Position numbers and translations under genes: made by a program. A stretch of DNA of 64,000 nt from Lingula anatina (lineage: Eukaryota; Animalia; Brachiopoda), in contig CM120645.1 in NCBI GenBank assembly GCA_051362555.1, positions 3,224,001 through 3,288,000 on the forward strand, read 5' to 3'. This document shows, piece by piece, positions 40,027-52,032 of this stretch. The first letter of the stretch is position 1. The number at the start of each line of letters is the position of its first letter. The notes under the pieces are model-generated. The model was not told where the DNA came from, did no database searches, and saw only the letters and a program-made list of their open reading frames with translations.

Positions 40027-42426
40027 ATGCTACAATTGCACGGACTTGCCTTTATTACTCTCGCCTGTTTGTCAAGCCAGTCTGAGGAGACAGGTAAAAT
40101 GAGGTCGTGATGTTTTATGTATTTATATCCACAACGGTCTGATAAATGGCCCTAATATGCATAGGTGGTCGATTTTATTCTTTTGTGTTTATTTTTCTTA
40201 TACTGTTATGAACATCTCAAAATGAATAAGAGATGAATAACAATTAGGCAGATTGGAATGGAAAAGTTCACAAGAATACACAGTATATGAAATGTAGGCG
40301 ATCCCATTCCGAGCTCTTTAATATTCATATTATATTATCTTCAGGCAATGGTGCAAATATTTATATCGTTTGTTCATAAGGTACCCTGTATATGGCAGTG
40401 AAATGCTGCGCTCCACTTGCTTCGTTTGTTTTCTGAAATAATCTAGTGTAGCGAAGGGGAGGACGTCGCTATAAAGTATGATTTTCAGAGACAGTGAAAA
40501 CTCACCTCTCTACTATTAAGCATTTCAAAAACGAAAAGCAAGAACCATATGCATCCTTCCAGAATAAAATAAGTAGGCCTACAATCGCGAATTGTGCAAT
40601 GCATCTAAAGTTTTTAGCGACATCTTTCAACTTAAATTTCTGTCGAACTAAATAGACAGGGAAAATTTGTAAGATTAGACAAGCAAAGACAGGAAAATGA
40701 TATGAATGTATGCATTATTGGATTCAAGGAAGTAGATAATAAAGATCTACTTCCTGGAGTGAATTGAACTGCGATTTGATAACCTTACACCCTCCATTTG
40801 GTCAGGTAGACACACCAAGCGGTTTCAAATTGAACAAGGTGTCCTAGCAACAGAACATTTCGTTGGGACAAAACGTGAAAATGAAACGTTTAGTATCATC
40901 GACCGTATGGCGCACTGGAGAGTCCCAGGGATGTCACTGGCCGTTATGACGCACGAGGAGGTGAAATGGGCGGCTGGCTATGGTCACGTGACAAACGGTA
41001 AGCTGTCGTCTGCTGTACAAAACTTCCATGACAAAAACAGGCGCGTTCCTACAGTCTAACGCTTTTTTGGTTAAAACTATCGTGTATCTGGTTTGGAATT
41101 ACCTTTTCAAATAAATTACCTGGGTATATGGCCTTATTCTGGTTTTACCTATTCTCAGACCGCAGTGGATTCCAATAGTGAATTTACGTGGGGTTGTGGA
41201 CATAGCGGGCACATGCGACTCCCCCTACCCGGCTACTTAGGTGCCCACTTCTGCCCCTTAACACTATTACGTATGAAAATAAACAAAAATCAAGCAATTC
41301 ATCCATACCTGTGCACATAACTAAACTAAAATAAAATTGTCCCCTTCAATTGTTATAAAATTGTTATGTTGTGATAGGCATTTTACCCTGGTGCCTTCCC
41401 TCCCCCGCAAGCAATAACCTGGATCCATACTAGGATACTAGATAAGTTTTCTATCCTAGATCCATAGGATTCTCCAAGAAATGAAAAACAGAAATGCATC
41501 ATAATATTTTATATTTTTCAAACTTAAGAGATGTGACATTATTTACATACAATTTATACCCTTGGCCACATAAACATGCTTGCGTATTTGAGATACGGAA
41601 AGGTGCCGTCTTTTAAGCATGTTTATATACTGTTTCTGCCACGCTCTCACGATAAACCATTACCTCACTAGGTGGTGTTGCAGTCGACACCAACACGTGG
41701 TTCCAGATTGGTAACATCAATGAAATGGTGACAGAAGCTTTAGTCATGCAACTATGGGCAAATGGGACTCTGAATCTAGATGAAGACGCCAATACATATC
41801 TTACCACATGGCAGGTACTAGTAGGATATCCAGATCATAATTTTAATGATCATCTCGAGGTCATTTTCACAAGGAAAGTACAATAATTTCCGAAAAGAGT
41901 TTCGTATACATATTGCCTTTATATTGGCTGCTACGTGGTTTGCTTTAATTCTTATAAATTCATTACAGAACATATTACGTTAATAATTTTAACCTTTATT
42001 GCGATAACTGAAAGATAGCTAGATTTTTTTTAAAATTTTGCTTTTTTTAATCAATCCATTTATCAATTATTTTCATCATTATTCATTTATTTATTTATGC
42101 AGATTTCTAGCGGAATGTCCGCTGGTTCACCCGTAACAGTTCGAGAGTTACTCAGTCAAACACGGAGTTTGGAGCCCCAGTGTTTCAAGGGCCACAACGG
42201 AAATTACCGGTTGGTAAGCACTGACCATGTATTGGACAGCACACGGCCAGGACACAATGAACCAGTGAAACAACCCCTCGAACCAGGTACTAATGTGATA
42301 GAAATGAAAGTCTGTTATTTTCAAATGGAAGTATGCATTTTTCCAACTCGTGGCTTTTATACAATAATAAATATAGACGAAGGTAATCTTGGAAATATAA
42401 CAAGTCATTGCTAGCACTTAAAAATA

Positions 42427-42477
<51 letters not shown>

Positions 42478-43428
42478 AAGATATTTTGCCTACTTAGTTT
42501 TAACCTCTGGCTCAGGTTCCCCCCAAGTACATTCTGGTGGAAGCCTTGTGGTGCTGCAAAAAATTCTGGAAGACATTTATCAAAAGCCGTTTGCCATCTT
42601 AGCTCAAAACGAGGTATGAAATTGTTTAAGACTTTCTGTTTGTAATTCATATTTGGTCATTTACAAGAATGTTCAATTTATTATGTCGTGTTTAGACGAA
42701 CTGACATCATCAATATTTCACCACTGCGGTGTTTCTGGGATTCCAGCTCTTAACCAATGGTATGTCCGAAAGCACCCTCCCCGACCTTGACATTGGTAAT
42801 GTGGCACGTGGTCACTCCTGTCACGAAGAAAAAGCTGCCGAGGTTCAAGGTAAAGGGTCCTTCAGCCCAGCAAAAGTTCATCTTTCTTATTGATAAAGAG
42901 CTTCATTCAATGAGATCATACAAGTGATCATTGTGCGCACAGCGTATTATGCGTGTCTTAAACACCCGAATTCTGTGAACATTTTGAGTTTTCCAACATT
43001 CAAAACATTTCAATATCATTACACTGAAAATCATGCACATACACACACAATTTCGAACTCTGAGGAGCAAACCGAATAGCTCTGTATCTAGGATTAAGTT
43101 CACGTGTTAATTAAGATATGAATGATCAAATTTTAATCTTAAAATCTCTAGAATCTTAGACGACACGTCAGTTTCAATTTTCAGACAGAAGGAGAGCACA
43201 CCCAAAAGAATGGTGGGTTAACTGTCAAGAAGTGCTGCGGTACTTGTCACACATAACCCGTAGTCTGAAAATCCCTAACAACTCAATATCTAATATACAA
43301 ATAAAAACAAGCTGGGAAATGTGGACACCTGGTCGCAAGAATGCGGGAAAGATGAACGAATCAGGAGCGACGGTATTTAACGGTTTTTATCATTTAGGTA
43401 AGGAATAGTTTTCTGTGGGTGTGTTTGC

Positions 43429-43460
<32 letters not shown>

Positions 43461-45990
43461 GGGGGGATTGAGCGCGTGCACTAGTTGATGGAATTTTACT
43501 GTTGTAGTTGCTTGCTCTACTTCTGCATGATAAATCTATTTTCTTTCGTGGCATAGAGACAAGCTATTTAAATTCTTTGTTTCTGCTTGAAATTGAATGC
43601 CGTTTTCAACATCCAACGTCCTTTGAGTCGCATGTACATAAGACAATTTTGTGCAAACCTGTCTGTCTTGTACTTTGCAATCAGGTCATAGTAAGGGGTA
43701 TTGCTCCTTGGTTGTGGGGACCGGAGACGGAAGGGGCGTGGCTGTCTTCACAAACCAGGACTGTACCTATGGATTATATTTAATAGCAGAAGTCTACAGA
43801 ACAGTGCTTGTTCAGTATAAGTGGCACGACATCTTGCTGCCTGGGGATTCGGTTTTGGACGTTCTTACCCTACGGTACGTGTCTGCATTATAATGGGGAT
43901 CTTCAGTACTGTGTTTCGTCATTCGACACAAGAAAAGGAGCCAAGTGAAGCGAAGCTAGCTTTTTGGCGATAGTTGTAATAGTCCATGTGGCGGATATTT
44001 TCGTCTTAAAAAGAAAAAAAACTTTAAAATAAAAAACGCATACTTGTTATTGAAAACGGTACAGGCATGGTGAATTTCCCGTGTTTTCTGAAACTCAAGT
44101 TGCATGTGACGTGGCTCTTCACTTAACCTTGGACATAATAACGTTTTAAAGATGGTACAAGATTTAATCATCATTTGCTTCACAAGGTTAACAAAAGATT
44201 GACCCTCCCCAAAATCATCCCCCCCCCCAAAAAAATAAAACAAAAAAAAAAACAGCGTCTTAATAAGAATCAGTCGAGATAACGAAAATTCTTGCGACTT
44301 GGCGTAAAATCAACCGAGATTCTGCGGGATTTAAAGGAGAGTGTGATCAGTTATTAAGACAGTCTAGAGAGTTCAGTGCAACAACTGTTAAAAGCCGATA
44401 TAATGTTCCCACTGATAAGTTCTTACGAATTGCATGCTATTGCATATAGTGCAAATTCACCTTGTTTTCTGTGTCAGTTTTCTATTGCCCTCTAAGACAA
44501 CATCTGTTGCATTGACTTTTATCCTTGACGCTGAAAATTACTACGTGATAGGGCCTATATACTGACATAAATTTCAAAGGAGACCACAATGGTTTATAAA
44601 TATAGAGTTCTACTATATATTTCTTCTCAGCGTGGCGGTAAAGCTGCCTACCAAAAATGACACCAGTTTTGAAGGAACGTACATTCTACCCGATGGAATA
44701 TTTCCACCTTCCATTGCCCTGGCAAACGTTTCAGCTGGATGTGTTCTAAGGAATGCTTTCAGTTCAGAAGTGGTTGTGACGTCATCCAGGGTTAAGTTTG
44801 GAGAGAGGTGTAGTGTGCCCTACTATCCATGTGCCTATAAAAAGGATAGGTAAGGGAGCATGTTTTTCAGACCACGTTTCAGGATTTACGTGTATACGTT
44901 ACATACCCCGGTACATGTACATGTACTTAGAGATGTTTTGTGACCACGTCGATGTACGATTTTTCGGTTTTCAAAAGATGTTTTTCGGTGTAATGCGAGT
45001 ATACTTTTTCTAGGAATGCATGTCAAATAATAGACCCCATCCCCACAGATTTTAGATCGATCTATCCCTGTGGGGAGTCTCACTAGATTACTGTCAGCTT
45101 AGGCGGCTTAATCTCTGGGAATGCACTCATACACTTCATTTTTTCCCAGATACTGCCCTTTTCTATATGCCTACAATCCAGGCGTCTCAACGACCTTCAC
45201 CTTTGCACGAGCGTCAGATGACACCATGACGGTGACTGGTATGGTGTTGTACCTACCAGATGGCAGCAAAATTGTCGCTCAAAAAGCAGGTAAAGAAGGT
45301 ATTGCAGATACTAACGGGCATTCGATTTAATGTATTTTTCGTTATACAATGTGCATTTCCCCCCCATTTATATATAGATTCAACCTTTTATTTTTTTACC
45401 AGTATTTATTCATCTTGTTCAAAAATCGTTTTGCTACGTTTTGTATATATTAGACAAGAAGTCTATTTCTTTCACTGTTCTGTAAAATACTTTCTTCCCC
45501 CATTTATATACAGATTCAACCTTTTATTTTTTACCAGTATTTATTCATCTTGTTCAAAAATCGTTTTTGTATATAAGACAAGAAGGCTATTCTTTCACTT
45601 TTCTTTAAAATTCTTATTACAGAATACGTTAGCAGCCGAAAGATGAAAATTGGTATAATCGCCGGGGCCATTAGCATTATTTTAATTTTTGCAGCTGTTG
45701 TAGTTCTTTTTGTTGTGAGGAAGTTGGTGTTCCAAGCACGAAGGTGAGACTTCAATAAAGCCGATTAAACCAGTTTGTGATTCTTGTTGAAGTTTTCAGG
45801 AGAATCTCTCTTCTTATGTTCTATTTTAAGGTGTACTGCACAAAGTTAGGCTTTAATGTAGTGTTTAAAGTAAAAGCTTCCTTTTACCGTACATATTAAT
45901 TTTTAATTTATATTTTATTTTGCCAGCCCCCGAAGAACAAGAAGAAGAGAGTACACTCCATTTAATGATCCTAACGATCTGCTGTTTTGA
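40027..45990 (+). CDS. Type I membrane protein with an inactive beta-lactamase/serine-hydrolase (class C-like) ectodomain, 12 exons, about 577 aa
   Basis: Exons 40027-40093, 40806-40997, 41672-41814, 42103-42286, 42516-42613, 42747-42849, 43185-43397, 43685-43874, 44631-44849, 45150-45289, 45623-45743 and 45927-45990, all GT-AG and in frame (1734 nt). Signal peptide; RMAHWRVPGMSLAV..WAAGYG, TWFQIG, LNLDEDANTYL, VTVRELLSQT, PLEPG, FYHLG and GRGVAVFTN; TM IGIIAGAISIILIFAAVVVLFVV; tail EYTPFNDPNDLLF. Confidence 0.85.
42428..42474. repeat. (TTA)n microsatellite
   Basis: Direct reading. Confidence 0.9.
44257..44360. mobile_element. Small inverted-repeat element; related fragment at about 26555-26620
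   Basis: gtcttaataa ... ttattaagac ends. Internal aaaatcaaccgagattctgcgggattt resembles aaaatcaggcgagattttcgaagattt at about 26573. Confidence 0.45.
45357..45614 (+). repeat. Two-copy direct duplication of about 120-140 bp ending at the polypyrimidine tract before the TM exon
   Basis: cccccatttatata(t/c)agattcaaccttttattttttaccagtatttattcatcttgttcaaaaatcgtttt occurs twice; the second copy ends about 6 nt before the AG at 45621-45622. Confidence 0.9.
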
Positions 45991-46444
45991 TTCTCTGTGC
46001 TGCAATGGTGGAAGTTGAGTCAAGGCAGAATAAATTATCACAGATAATATCTTATGAAATATGATTGTTAAACATCGCATTAGTATATCAATAGCCTTGT
46101 TTGACTGAATATCTCATATACATACTAATTATCTGTTAAAATATCGGAATACCATAAAAGAGTTTAAACAAGGTGCACGTGTATGTAATATTTTCATTTA
46201 TTTTCATCTTGATGACTTCATGGTTTGGCAACAAAGCTAGAAAACGTGTCAGTTTTGGTGTTTCATTTTGCAAAGTTTCACAATATAAGCAAAAATTGGC
46301 CTGTATAATCTTTCGATTTATTATTGCTTGTGGATGAGAATAATATGACTTTTCAAGAGGTAATCACTCTGGAGGTAATCACTCTGTTTAGTGCTCCTAG
46401 TGCTTCCATCCTGTTGTCAGCAATACACAGAGACAGTCGCATCT

Positions 46445-49409
46445 TCAGTCGACTTCTTCATTAATTCTTTTGTAATCCATTCGATAAACGTAATACTCAA
46501 TCTCATACATGACATCGGGCTTGATATAATGAAATGAGATGGGGTACCTGCTACAGCATTCAAAACCCTGGAAAAGATTAAGAAAAAATACAGATCAGCG
46601 GTGGTTATTGGTAATGAAGTATATTCTATACTGATGTACACGCAAGAATTGTAAAATATCTAGGACAAAGTTAACATAAAGTAACAGAAGGTACTAGTAA
46701 TATGTTTTCTTTGGCATGTCTATTAGTCGTTGGACATTTTGTATCTGCAATGATACAAATGTTCGATAAAGAAAAGTTGACATTTGTAGTAAAATCTGTT
46801 TAACCAAATTGAGCAAATGTGAAGTATTCAAGGCAATTTTACCAAAAGAAAAGGCCAATTTGTCTAGTTTCGTTTGTAATGCTGTTTTTAACAATACAAG
46901 TGCGGGAGGGGTTAGCCCTGAAGGCGTGGGGGGTGAAGGCGGCAGTGGCCCTCTGTAAGCACCACCCCCTTAGTCTGCCTTCGTATCTTCAGGGCCCCAT
47001 CTATATAAAATATATAATTATCAAATTTAAGATCGGCTGGTGTGGACTTTGTCCTACCCACCTCCACTGCCCCATGAGCGTCTCCCTTCTTATACCAGTC
47101 GGCGTAGTGGCCCTTCAGGTGGACATAAGGAGGGAAAATCATAAACCGCTCTCTTCCCAACTCGTCCCGAGTGTCCACCGGTTCGGCACCAACACTTAAC
47201 AAGCACTTCGCCGTCTTCATGTCCTCGGCTGATGTCCAGAAAACAAATGGCAGATTAAAATACAAAATTAAGTCATAATATTTTGTTGGTTTTAAGCCTA
47301 TTGCGTGATCAGTGGATACATATTGAAGGTACCCTGGATATGTTACAATGTATAAGGACATAATGTTTATTGAGGGCCTATATTAACTTTTGGACATATT
47401 ATATAGGGCCTATATTTGGGCCTATTATATAGGGCCTATATTAACTTTTGAACATTTTAACACGTGTCACTTAAACACGTGTCACTTAAATAGATGAAAC
47501 AATATACAGGTTGTTCCTTATTAAACGACCTATTTTGAATTGAGATGGAATGTAAAAATGGTCATTTTTATGTACCACCCTGTACATGAATGAGATATAT
47601 AGGCCTACCCTCTCCGTCCTGCAGGCATTTCGGGTCGCTATTAATGGCTTTCGTAACAAGCAATCTGACAGCTTCCCTGCTAAGCACCAACCCTGGACCT
47701 CCACTCATATACAAGGACTTCTTAATTCTAGTATCAGCGTTGAATTCCCAATCACTGGGGTAAAACTGGTGTCCATAAAACTCTGCCCTCTTTGGGTCCC
47801 TAGATGTTAGATAATGTTTCAAATTTTCTACAATTACGTATGTATCAGGGTCAGCTTTGATAAAGAAATCTGCATCGTTCAGATGATGCTCGTAAATGTA
47901 TTTCCATGCAGCTTTGGCCTTTTTTGCAATGTGTCCTCTCCCGGGTGGTACACGTAAACCAATTGTTGGGAACGTCTTATTTTCCATGGAGCTCATAAAT
48001 AATGTGACGTCACATCTTCTCGCCCACGTGTCTCTGACGTGAATAACGCGCTTGTCGAGATCCGGAGGATCAGTAAGTAGCCAACAAAGAACTCTTGGCA
48101 GTGGAGGTCCTTTTTCTGTAAGCAAAGGCGAAAAAATGTATTTAATTAGAAAAACATATCCGATAGCAAATCTGTTTTTATATTACAAACATAAAGACGA
48201 TCAAGACAGGCCTATATTTGCTATGCAGAAATCTAAAGGTAGGCCAAGTACAATCGCGGACCCAGAGAATTTTTCTGACAGTCTTCCATATTATCTTTGT
48301 TGATCCATCCTCCATTTTTGACCGTCTTCCGACCAAAAAAAAAAAAAAAAAAAAAAGGTAAACTTGAAAATCTGACCGTCTTTCTGAAGACCCAGAAGGC
48401 GGCCTGAATCAGTACCTGCCTACTAATAAGTTGTTTCGCACTCTGTCTATCCCCTTTATTTTTCTTTGGTGTTTCATTCTACCGGAAGGCTACCTCTGTT
48501 TTAATATATACGTTTTTTCTTTGGTGCACTGTAACTATCAAGAATCAATCCAATTTTTTGCCCTCTGTCATGTTTCACTTGTTTACTAGTTCGTATTTTT
48601 TCAGTTTCAGTGCATTTAATGTGAGTACATCTCCGACTCATCATCCCAAACACCCCTTATCTTTTTCAAGTTTGTTTTTGCAAACACTTTTGATGCAGGA
48701 TCCCAAAGGGAAAATGAGATGCAATTACTTCGTGATCTGTGATAATTTTATAACAGGTGCTTTTGATTGCTCTTAAAATTCAATCGCTGAAATAATTACA
48801 GTAATCAAATATTTTCCCTGGGAATCTTCAATTGCACATAATGGTAGAAAGTAAATTTTTCCATTTGGCAAAAGAAAAATGGGGGGGGGGGGGGGGGAGA
48901 AAGGAAAATGACAAGATGACTAAATCTGTTTAAATAGTCATTGCCGTGACTAGAAAAGCATGTTACAGATATTTTCCTAACCAAGCGTCTCTCTAATTGC
49001 CGTCTTTAACTATTCAGATTTTTATCTCAAAGCCTGCCTTAATTTTGACCACATAGATGCAAGTGTTCTAAAATTGCTTTTGTTAACGACTCAAGCCAAT
49101 GTTAAGATTTTAGCAGTACATGCATTCTCTCAATTTGAAGCAGGCGGATAATAAGCGATAGGGATCCGTTTTATTCAAATTACTGGCCAAAAAGAAAGTT
49201 AAATAGGGCAAGCATATTTTTAAAAGTTATATATATATACTGGAGAAATGAATTGCTAATCTCCGCCAATAACGACGGTATCCCTCTCCTCTATTTCCTT
49301 CACAGATATATCAACAGCAACGCTTTGAAGACGCCAACACACTCACACACAAACACACACACACACACACTTCAACTGTCGCACACACTCCAACTCTCTC
49401 TAGTAACCT

Positions 49410-49466
<57 letters not shown>

Positions 49467-49698
49467 ACACACACATACACACACACAAACAGCACTTCCT
49501 GTGTATATTCTGATTATGAAGAGAAAATATACGTTTAACATCTTTGTTACTTGTATTTTTACCTGGTCTCGAGGCATGCTGGTCCGTATCTATCTCCTCA
49601 CGAGAACGAGTTAGTAGTCCTTGTATAACCAGTTGTACTGCTATGTTAGATATTACTATGGCGGGTATCACGGTGAAATAGATTTGGCTTCGCCTCAT
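46445..49698 (-). CDS. C1GALT1: Core 1 beta-1,3-galactosyltransferase-like (GT31, T-synthase family), copy A, 4 coding exons, about 310 aa
   Basis: Exons 49563-49698 (type II signal anchor), 47609-48115, 47062-47228 and 46445-46567, in frame (933 nt). RVLCW, TWARRCD, FIKADPDTYVIVENL, YMSGGPGLVLSREA, EDMKTAKCL, DELGRERF and CCSRYPISFHY. A divergent family member; strict orthology not established. Confidence 0.88.
48251..48417. mobile_element. Decayed copy of the 27045 MITE family in C1GALT1-A intron 1
   Basis: Reverse-complement similarity (ttctgacagtcttcca...ccatttttgaccgtcttccgac). Confidence 0.75.
49410..49487. repeat. Compound (CT)n(CA)n microsatellite; paralogous tract at 61916-61975
   Basis: Direct reading. 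Confidence 0.9.
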
Positions 49699-51907
49699 GT
49701 TCAATGAAAAAATACTGTATTGGGGGTAGGTGATTTGCCAAATGTTTCCCTCATGCCCCACAGGTGGTTTTCCATATGCATGTATATATTTCTGTGCACG
49801 TGTCCATTGCCACATCACATTATTCTAGTCTCTCGTTTGACGAAGACTCTATTTCAAGTTAAATGAGGCCATTGTTCTAGCTTGTACGTACTGTACTTGT
49901 TTGAATACCTAATGTATTCGCTAACGCCGGTGAATATGGGCAAAAATGAGGGATAAAGATCTTTGATAATATCCTGTAGAAAATATCTTTAACTTTGTTA
50001 TGGAACTGATATATTCTAGCTTGGACTCAAAACACTCATTGGTCCAAATGAGCTTTTTTCTTGTAGATATGCATGTTTATGTACATTATTTGACCTAATT
50101 CTATAGGACCTCGCATTTTGCGTGACAAATTTCATTAGTGCAGGTCTCGTCGAAAATAAGGGAGGCTGAGCAGCTTAGGAAATCTACGCGGAAGATCGAA
50201 GTAAGAGATAGTCAAGGTGCTGAATAAGAGCGATAAATATCTACTGGTACAATCACATGTACATATGGGTCTGTAATACAATCTTTATACACAAACATGT
50301 AAGTGGAGGGCATTTTTTGAGCTAAAGATAATTTATGTCACAGGCCCCTGTGCACGTTCGTATTGCGGAAAAAGTTTGAAGTCGGTAAGGTATGGTTGCG
50401 CTTCTCTTAACTTTAAATATTGACATATTTTTTTTTGTTCATGTATGTCAGTAAATACAGAACAGTTTTCTCTGATCATCTGTAATATACTGCGTCGTTT
50501 TTCGAAGCAGTTTTACATAATTTTTTTAATACGAGGTTACACGGGGAAAGTGGAAGGTAATCATTTTAATAGCAGGGAAATTTTGTCACTGCATGGTACC
50601 TTTTATGTCGTATGAAACTGAATTTCTGGCATTATAGCTATTAAATATTTTTTGCATGTATCAAAAATGGCTCATGGATGATTTAGTTGTTTTCACTAAA
50701 ATAAATTTTCTCAATTAAAAGCGTATTTGTGTGAATCTATCTCTATTATATGTGTGTTTTCAAACGGGGCAAGAAGGGAGATTCGAGCCTACGTGATAAC
50801 GATAACTACAGCATAATTATGCTGCATTTTTAATCGCTTGAAAGGTTTGGCCGTAAGTTTAAGTCGTGTTTGTACTGTTTGTACATTGTACTGAGTTATC
50901 ATGTTTTATTGTAATATATAGAACGAAAAGAGAAGCCATACGTTCGAAATAACGGATCGAAATAAAGGAGTTTAGCAATCACTTTTAGTGACATAGGAAC
51001 AAAATTAGAAGCTGTCCTGCTTTACACCTGCCTGAAAAGGGGGGGGGGGGGGCACGGCGATAGATAAAAGTCTGAAGTAAAATTTACGTCAGGAAGTTTT
51101 CAAAGCCTTATTTAAAAACAAAAAGAAAGGAGACCCAATGTTGACGCACGCACGCTGTTCATGACAGTGGGTGGGAACCAGTTCAATACGAGCTACATTT
51201 TTCTACATTTATTTACTTGGAGATACAGTGTTTGCCGGCAATGAAAGCACAAGGGAATAAAACTGAGAAAAAACTCTCCATTACAGCTGAATCTGAATTT
51301 AATTTCGACTTCAACACGCTGGTGATACGTGAAACTTTAACTTTTTAAGAATGCCCTGATGCCCCTGCTTGTTCGGTAAGACAATATGTTGGCGCCCAGC
51401 ACCAATTGGTATCGGTAAACTGGTAGAGCAGAGGCAGTTGATGTGTTCGACTGTCAAAATGAATGCTTTAGACCTCAATAAAATGGACACAACTGAAATA
51501 AACTTTATTAAACAAGCCTTCCAACAGGTGCTCATTGGTTTATGGGCCTATAAATTGAGCGTTTCTGACCTATTTCATGTCATCTACCTACAGTTTGTGC
51601 AGTTTCGAGGGCGCCATTTTAATCTCCATCTCTCTCTCTTTCGGCAACTTTTCTTGCGTTACTGATTGATTCGCCTGCGATGCTTGTTCCGATGAAAGTG
51701 ACAACTATCTATTATTTAATGTTTCATCACTTTCTGGAGTCTGAAGTTACACCAGTGAAACGTATGTCAGTTTTAAGTTGATAAAATGTCCAATAGGAAC
51801 CCGTCGCGTGGTATACGTTATGGTAATGCCACCAATTATTTACCTTATATGGTAAAGATTGTGCGGGCTGACAGTCACTGCGAGGCTGGGGTGCCGCGTT
51901 GATATGT

Positions 51908-51914
51908 ATAAATA
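51908..51914 (+). promoter_or_regulatory. Putative TATA box of the mytilectin-like gene
   Basis: TATAAAT about 120 bp upstream of the ATG at 52033. Confidence 0.55.
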
Positions 51915-52032
51915 CGAACCCTCGAAGCACACTTCCTCACCCTACCTCATCCACCGGACACACAGGGACCTAAGAGAGCCCACCAAGGACGCGACAGTTG
52001 CAGCAAGAAGCCCCGTACTACTGAACGCCACT

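Larger units (their letters stand above)
46183..51545. repeat. Segmental duplication, copy A (partner 58371 to beyond 64000)
   Basis: Colinear high identity across exons, introns, MITE and microsatellites. Similarity starts at atgtaatattttca and runs to the window end in copy B. Confidence 0.95.

Noticed and set aside
40027-45990. Bacterial contamination or an antibiotic-resistance gene
   Set aside because: It has 11 spliceosomal introns, sits among animal genes and lacks the catalytic Ser and Lys.
49372-49818. 148-aa ORF ending in a CV repeat
   Set aside because: It contains C1GALT1-A exon 1 but runs past the donor at 49562 into a (TG)n microsatellite. The upstream MMWQW extension is unsupported.
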